A stretch of 64,000 nucleotides of DNA. Origin: Alphaproteobacteria bacterium (lineage in GTDB: Bacteria > Pseudomonadota > Alphaproteobacteria > UBA828). The notes beneath the pieces are model-generated. The model was not told the origin of the DNA. It saw only the letters and a list, made by a program, of their open reading frames with translations, and searched no databases. Position 1 is the stretch's first letter. Each line of letters begins with the position of its first letter. Where the stretch lies: the NCBI GenBank assembly GCA_965214705.1, contig CBDCCI010000002.1:1792001-1856000 (forward strand). Direction: 5' to 3'. Positions 59,023 to 64,000 of the stretch are shown here, piece by piece. The position numbers and the translations under genes were made by a program.

Positions 59023-60962
59023 GACAGGTTTCGGTCCGGGACGCCAACGAACAAATCCGCAAGTGGGGGACTGAGGGCGAGGACGTCGAGGTCCTCAACC
59101 CCGACGCGCGCCATCACATCGGCGTCGGCCTGATCCACCCGGTGCGGGTGCACATCAAGGGCTCTGCCGGCTACTTCTGCGCAGGGCTCGCGGACCAGGC
59201 GCGGTTCGAAATCGACAACAACGTCGGCTGGGGCCTCGGCGACAACATGTACGCCGGCACGGTGACGGTGCGCGGCAACGCGGGCGCGATCGCGGGTGTC
59301 GCGATCCGGGGCGCCGAGATCGTGGTGCACGGCAATGTGGGCTCGCGCGCGGGCCAGGTAATGAAGGCGGGGACGCTCTGCTGCGTCGGCAACGCCAATT
59401 TCATGGCCGGCTACATGATGTATGGCGGGCGCATCATCATCCTGGGCGAGTCCGGCGAGCGCGTGGGCGAGGACATGGCGGCCGGGGATATCTATGTCGG
59501 CGGCGCGGTGCGCTCGCTCGGCTCCGACGCGCAGCTGACCGATATCGAGGAGGCCGAGGTCGACGATATCCGCGCGTTCCTGGACCGTCACGAGATCGCC
59601 TACAAGGGCGGCTTCCAGAAGATCGTGAACGCCGGCAAGCGGCTCCGCTACGCCACCAGCGAGCAGCAGGTGCGCAGCATCCCCTTCTTCACCTTCTCGG
59701 GCACGTCCGACTACTGGAACCCGAAGGTGCAGGAGGATGTCTACATAAAGTCGCAGGTCGGCCGCTATCGGGTGCGAGGCTACGGCGGCGCGCGCACGCT
59801 GCCGCATCTCTCGGACCTCGCGTTCAAGCGCGATCTGTCCAGCGCGGGCACGGCAGGCGATCCGGTGGCAGCGGTCGAGATGTATACGGAGATCGGGGGC
59901 CTCAACGGGGCACGGCCGCTCAAGCTCTCGATGCCGGTGATGATCGCGCCGATGAGCTACGGCGCCTTGTCACGCTCCACCAAGCAGGCGGTGGGCATGG
60001 CATCCAGCATGGCCGGCATTGCCGAGAACACCGGCGAAGGCGGCATGAGCGACGCCCAGCGGGGCGCGGCGGAGCAGCTGGTGTTCCAGTGTCTGGGCGG
60101 CCGGCTCGGCTGGAACATCCACGACATGAATCGGGCCGACGGGCTCGAGATCTACATCAGCCAGGGGGCCAAGCCCGGCTTCGGCGGCCAGTTGATGGCG
60201 AAGAAGGTGACCAAGGAGCTCGCCACCATCCGGGGGATTCCCGAGGGCATCGACCTGCGCTCGCCCTCGCGGCACCCGGACATTCTCGGCGCCGACGACC
60301 TGGTCATCAAGGTGGAGGAGTTCCGGGAGGCCACGGGCTACCGCATCCCGGTGAGTGTGAAGCTGGGTGCGGGCCGGGTGCGGGACGACATCAAGATCGC
60401 CTACAAGGACGGCTTCGACTTCGTGGAGCTCGACGGGATGCAGGGCTCCACGGGCGCGGGCGGCGCCGAGGTGATGGAGCATGTGGGCGTGCCCACGCTC
60501 GCCGCCATCACCCAGGCGATGGCGGCGCTGGGAGAGGTGGAAGGCCTCGGCAAGATGGAAGTCGTGCTGATGGGCGGCGTCCGGGACGGCATCGACGCGG
60601 TGAAGGGCCTCTGCCTGGGCGCCAATGCGGTCGCGATGGGGACGGCGGTGATCATCGCCGGGGGCTGCATCGCCTGCATGCAATGCCACGTGGGGCAATG
60701 CGTGACCGGGATCGCCACCCAGGACCCGCAGCATGAGCGGCGTTACAACCCGGTGGCGGAGGCGCGCAATATCCACCGCTACTTGGAAGGCGTGCGCTGG
60801 CAGATCGCGGCGCTGACCCAGGCGATGGGCTATGCCAGCACCACCCAACTCTGCCGCGACGACCTAGTGGCTCTCACGCGCGACGCGGCGGAGATGACAG
60901 GCCTGCCGTATGCGCCGGAATATCGCGAGCGCGAGCTGGCGCTGCGCGGCAGGGTGGGCTGA
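59004..60962 (+). CDS. Fusion of GltB GXGXG beta-helix and FMN-binding glutamate-synthase domains (MgsB+MgsC-like)
   Basis: N-terminal G-rich repeats (AGYMMYGGRI), then APMSYGALS, NTGEGG, SQGAKPGFGG, SP.RH and CIACMQCHVGQC. Confidence 0.88.
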   Translation: MVQIDLGQVSVRDANEQIRKWGTEGEDVEVLNPDARHHIGVGLIHPVRVHIKGSAGYFCAGLADQARFEIDNNVGWGLGDNMYAGTVTVRGNAGAIAGVAIRGAEIVVHGNVGSRAGQVMKAGTLCCVGNANFMAGYMMYGGRIIILGESGERVGEDMAAGDIYVGGAVRSLGSDAQLTDIEEAEVDDIRAFLDRHEIAYKGGFQKIVNAGKRLRYATSEQQVRSIPFFTFSGTSDYWNPKVQEDVYIKSQVGRYRVRGYGGARTLPHLSDLAFKRDLSSAGTAGDPVAAVEMYTEIGGLNGARPLKLSMPVMIAPMSYGALSRSTKQAVGMASSMAGIAENTGEGGMSDAQRGAAEQLVFQCLGGRLGWNIHDMNRADGLEIYISQGAKPGFGGQLMAKKVTKELATIRGIPEGIDLRSPSRHPDILGADDLVIKVEEFREATGYRIPVSVKLGAGRVRDDIKIAYKDGFDFVELDGMQGSTGAGGAEVMEHVGVPTLAAITQAMAALGEVEGLGKMEVVLMGGVRDGIDAVKGLCLGANAVAMGTAVIIAGGCIACMQCHVGQCVTGIATQDPQHERRYNPVAEARNIHRYLEGVRWQIAALTQAMGYASTTQLCRDDLVALTRDAAEMTGLPYAPEYRERELALRGRVG

Positions 60963-60965
60963 GCC

Positions 60966-63485
60966 ATGGCGATCCTGAAGGAGATGGAGGCGGGCGGGCA
61001 GCTTCTCGCGGAGCTGCCGGACGACACGGACGACGCGCACTTCGTGCCGGCGCCCTGCCAGATCGCCTGCCCGGTGGGGACGGATGCGCCGTCCTACATC
61101 GCCTATATCTGGGAGCGGAAGTTCGAGGAGGCGTTCGAGGCGATCACGGCGACCAACCCGTTCAGCTCGATCTGCGGCCGGGTGTGCGATGCTCCGTGCG
61201 AGCCGGCGTGCCGGCGGACCGATTCCGACGGCCCGGTTCAGATCCGCAACCTGAAGCGCTTCGTCATGGACGAGGTAGGGCACGACTACGACCCGCCGCC
61301 GGTGCCGGTGCGGCACGAGCAGAGCGTGGCCGTGGTGGGCTCGGGCCCGGCGGGGCTAACCGCGGCGCACGAGCTCTCGGTCGCGGGCTATCGCGTTCAC
61401 GTCTACGAGATGACCGACCGTCTCGGCGGCATGATGATCTGGGGGATTCCGGCGTTCCGGCTGCCGCCCGGAATCATCCAGGAGGATATCGACCGCATGG
61501 CCCGGCGCTGCCCGGGGATGGAGGTTCACCTCAACACTGCGCTCGGCCGAGACGTGACGCTGGACGACCTCAAGGAGCGGCACGACGCGGTGGTCCTCGC
61601 CATCGGCGCATGGTGGGGCAAGAACATGGGCATTCCGGGGGAGGACGACACGCGCGTGATCGACGGCGTGCAGTTCCTGCGCGACGTGAATGAAGGCGCG
61701 CGGCCCGAGATGCCGGAGACGGTGGTGGTGGTGGGCGGCGGCGATGTCGCCATGGACGCCTGCAGGGTCGCGAAGCGCCTACCAGGCTGCAAGGACGTGA
61801 AGGTGATCTACCGACGGGGCCCGGCGGAGATCCCGGCACGCAAGATCGAGCTCGAAGGCGCGATCGAGGAGGGAATCGAGTTCATCTACCACACCCAGCA
61901 GACCGCGATCGTGCCGAAAGGCAACGAGCTCGCGGTGCGCTGCGTGCAGACGACGCTAGGCGATCCGGACGAGTCAGGCCGGCGCGCGCCGGTGAATGTG
62001 CCGGGCACGGAGCACGACATCGGCTGCGGCATGGTGATCGCCTCGGTGGGGCAGGAGGGTCTCTGTGACGACCTCGACCGGCGCGGCATGATGCTCTCCG
62101 ACCGGGTGCGGACCGAGTGGGAAGGCATGCGCACGAGCGATCCCAACGTGTTCGCGGCGGGCGACGGGGCCTTTGGCGGGTCCACCATCGTGATGGCGAT
62201 GAACCACGGCCAACGCGTCGCCTACTACGTGAAGGCGTTTCTCGAAGGGCGCGAGGACCCGTTGCCCTATCGCACGCCTCACCGGACGCGCCGCGTGCCG
62301 GTGGCGCAAGACCTGGAGTGGGAGCTGCTGCCGGTACAGCACCCGGACTTCCTCGGCCTTGGCGAGAACCCGGTGTCGTTCCCGGAGATCGAAACCACCT
62401 ATGGCTGGGAGGCGGCACGCAAGGAGGCGGCACGGTGCTTCCGCTGCGATGCGGAGACGGGCTCTGCCGACTATGCGGTGGACCATCGCGAAGACATCTT
62501 CGTGATGGCCCGCACCAGCCCCGACGACACGGTGCGCCAGAAGGCGATGCTGGAGAAGCGCATGGTCGAGCGCGGCGATCCCTTCCCGGCTGAGCTTCCA
62601 GGGGTGCTGGACGATATTGCGTTCCTGCCGGCGAACCTGTCGCGGCTGGTGATCGACCCCTATCGGGAGGCCTGCCGCATCGGCACCACCGTCGGCGGCA
62701 CCGATCTGGCGCTGCCCTTCATGGTGACGGGCTTCGACGACGCGCCGGCCGAGGTGCGGGCTGCGGTCGGCCAGGGCATTGCCGAGGTCGATGCGAGCTA
62801 CCTGGGGGTGCGGCCCGTTGGCGGCGACGCGCGCTGGTTCCAGCTTGTGCTGCCGGGGCAGATCGCGCCGAGCTCCGACGCGGCCGGGCTGATCTACGCG
62901 CTCGGGCATCGCTTCGCGCCGGTGGAGGCGACAAGGGCGGCCGAGGGCCAGATACTGGGCCTCTCAGTCTCCTCGCCGGCGGTGTTGGAAGAGGCGATAC
63001 CCTACGCGCTCGATGCGGGCTTCGACATGCTGCTGCTGGACGGCAGCGCAGGCCTCGGCACGCCCTGGGCGGAGCTTACGGGTGCGCCCGACCTCACCAT
63101 CCTGCGCGATGCCGTGGCGATCCTGCGCCGGTTGGATCGCGAGGAGGAGATCGATCTCGTCTACTTCGGCGGTGTGCGCTCCGGCACCGATGCGGCCAAG
63201 GTGATCGCGCTTGGTACCGTCGCCGTGGTGCTGGGCGTGGCGGTCGGCCTCGCCGCAGGCGGCGCCATCACCGGTACCCGCGAGCTCACGTTCGCCGCCG
63301 ACCGCAGCGACGAGGACCGCACCCACGGCACCGCCAACATCATCAAGGCGACCGCCTCCGAGGCCTCGATGATGGCGCGCTGCACCGGCAAGACGAACCT
63401 GCAGAACGTCGAGCCCGAAGACCTCCGCGCGCTCACCGTCGCGACCGCGACCGCAACCGGTATTCCCCTCGCCGGAACGAGGTAG
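60966..63485 (+). CDS. GltD-like Fe-S flavoprotein fused to a degenerate glutamate-synthase FMN-barrel-like domain
   Basis: PCQIACP, CGRVC..PCE..C, GSGPAG, GGGDVA, FAAGD and RCFRC; the C-terminus has LDDIAFLPANLSRL and GGVRSGTDAAKVIALG. Confidence 0.8.
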   Translation: MAILKEMEAGGQLLAELPDDTDDAHFVPAPCQIACPVGTDAPSYIAYIWERKFEEAFEAITATNPFSSICGRVCDAPCEPACRRTDSDGPVQIRNLKRFVMDEVGHDYDPPPVPVRHEQSVAVVGSGPAGLTAAHELSVAGYRVHVYEMTDRLGGMMIWGIPAFRLPPGIIQEDIDRMARRCPGMEVHLNTALGRDVTLDDLKERHDAVVLAIGAWWGKNMGIPGEDDTRVIDGVQFLRDVNEGARPEMPETVVVVGGGDVAMDACRVAKRLPGCKDVKVIYRRGPAEIPARKIELEGAIEEGIEFIYHTQQTAIVPKGNELAVRCVQTTLGDPDESGRRAPVNVPGTEHDIGCGMVIASVGQEGLCDDLDRRGMMLSDRVRTEWEGMRTSDPNVFAAGDGAFGGSTIVMAMNHGQRVAYYVKAFLEGREDPLPYRTPHRTRRVPVAQDLEWELLPVQHPDFLGLGENPVSFPEIETTYGWEAARKEAARCFRCDAETGSADYAVDHREDIFVMARTSPDDTVRQKAMLEKRMVERGDPFPAELPGVLDDIAFLPANLSRLVIDPYREACRIGTTVGGTDLALPFMVTGFDDAPAEVRAAVGQGIAEVDASYLGVRPVGGDARWFQLVLPGQIAPSSDAAGLIYALGHRFAPVEATRAAEGQILGLSVSSPAVLEEAIPYALDAGFDMLLLDGSAGLGTPWAELTGAPDLTILRDAVAILRRLDREEEIDLVYFGGVRSGTDAAKVIALGTVAVVLGVAVGLAAGGAITGTRELTFAADRSDEDRTHGTANIIKATASEASMMARCTGKTNLQNVEPEDLRALTVATATATGIPLAGTR

Positions 63486-63531
63486 GGCGCGAGGGCTGCC
63501 GTTGCATCGCGTGATGGCATAGGCTGAGCAC

Positions 63532-64000
63532 GTGCTCGTCCACCTGAATTACGGCCGGGGACAGCGGGCGGTGGATCTGCCCGACGACCTCGATGTCTCC
63601 GTGATCGCCAAGCAGGCCATGCCGTTGCTCGCGGATTCGGCGGCGGCGATGGACCAGGCGCTCGCTCAGCCCGTGGGTTGCCCGGCACTCGCGGAAGAAG
63701 CGGCACGCGCCGAGAGCGCCTGCATCCTGATCTGCGACTTCACGCGCCCGGTACCGAACAGCGTGATTCTGCCGCCGCTGATCCGCACCCTGCTCGGTGC
63801 CGGGATGGCGCCGGAGCAGATAACGGTGCTGGTGGCGACCGGGTTGCACCGGCCCAACGAGGGCGAGGAGCTTGCCGCCCTGGTGGGCGATCCCTGGGTG
63901 CTGGAGACGGTGAACGTCGCGAACCATTTCGCGCGCGAGGACGCCGACCACGTGCTGGTGGGCACGACGGAGCGCGGCACGGTGGTGCGGCTCGACCGGC
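63532..64000 (+). CDS. larA: Nickel-pincer LarA-family racemase/epimerase (partial, runs off the window)
   Basis: Manual translation gives LNYGRG, ICDFTRPVPN, VATGLHRPN and NHFAR. It is absent from the ORF track because it has no stop in the window. Confidence 0.85.
   Translation, partial: MLVHLNYGRGQRAVDLPDDLDVSVIAKQAMPLLADSAAAMDQALAQPVGCPALAEEAARAESACILICDFTRPVPNSVILPPLIRTLLGAGMAPEQITVLVATGLHRPNEGEELAALVGDPWVLETVNVANHFAREDADHVLVGTTERGTVVRLDR

Overview
High-GC bacterial chromosome segment, most likely alphaproteobacterial (inferred from the mutY-DUF721-dsbA-smc gene order and an F0-only atp operon). At the left end (1-4085), an IS66 element has truncated a Sel1-repeat gene, and an IS1634-family element with visible inverted repeats and target duplication is nested inside it. 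The 4.6-19.5 kb region is mostly housekeeping (guaA, class V aminotransferase, mutY, dciA-like, dsbA-like, smc, atpIBEF'F), with an orphan DNA methyltransferase inserted between dciA and dsbA. The 19.5-64 kb region is a long catabolic and transport mosaic with no recognisable regulator. It includes hydantoinase/oxoprolinase A/B, PhyH dioxygenases, PrpF, a TcuA-like flavoprotein, a lone molybdopterin subunit, hydrolases, maeB, mgtE, TRAP and Urt-like ABC transporters, a rearranged glutamate-synthase-like triad and a partial larA. Main points of interest: (1) a stand-alone NYN RNase with a GNRA-capped structured RNA leader, a candidate RNA-controlled toxin module; (2) the rearranged GltB/GltD-like triad; (3) several enzymes with substituted catalytic residues; (4) an antitoxin followed by a decayed toxin; (5) an NrdR-like box at an unknown gene; (6) two REP-like palindromes bracketing a two-gene cassette. 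All calls come from motif recognition by eye; no searches were run.
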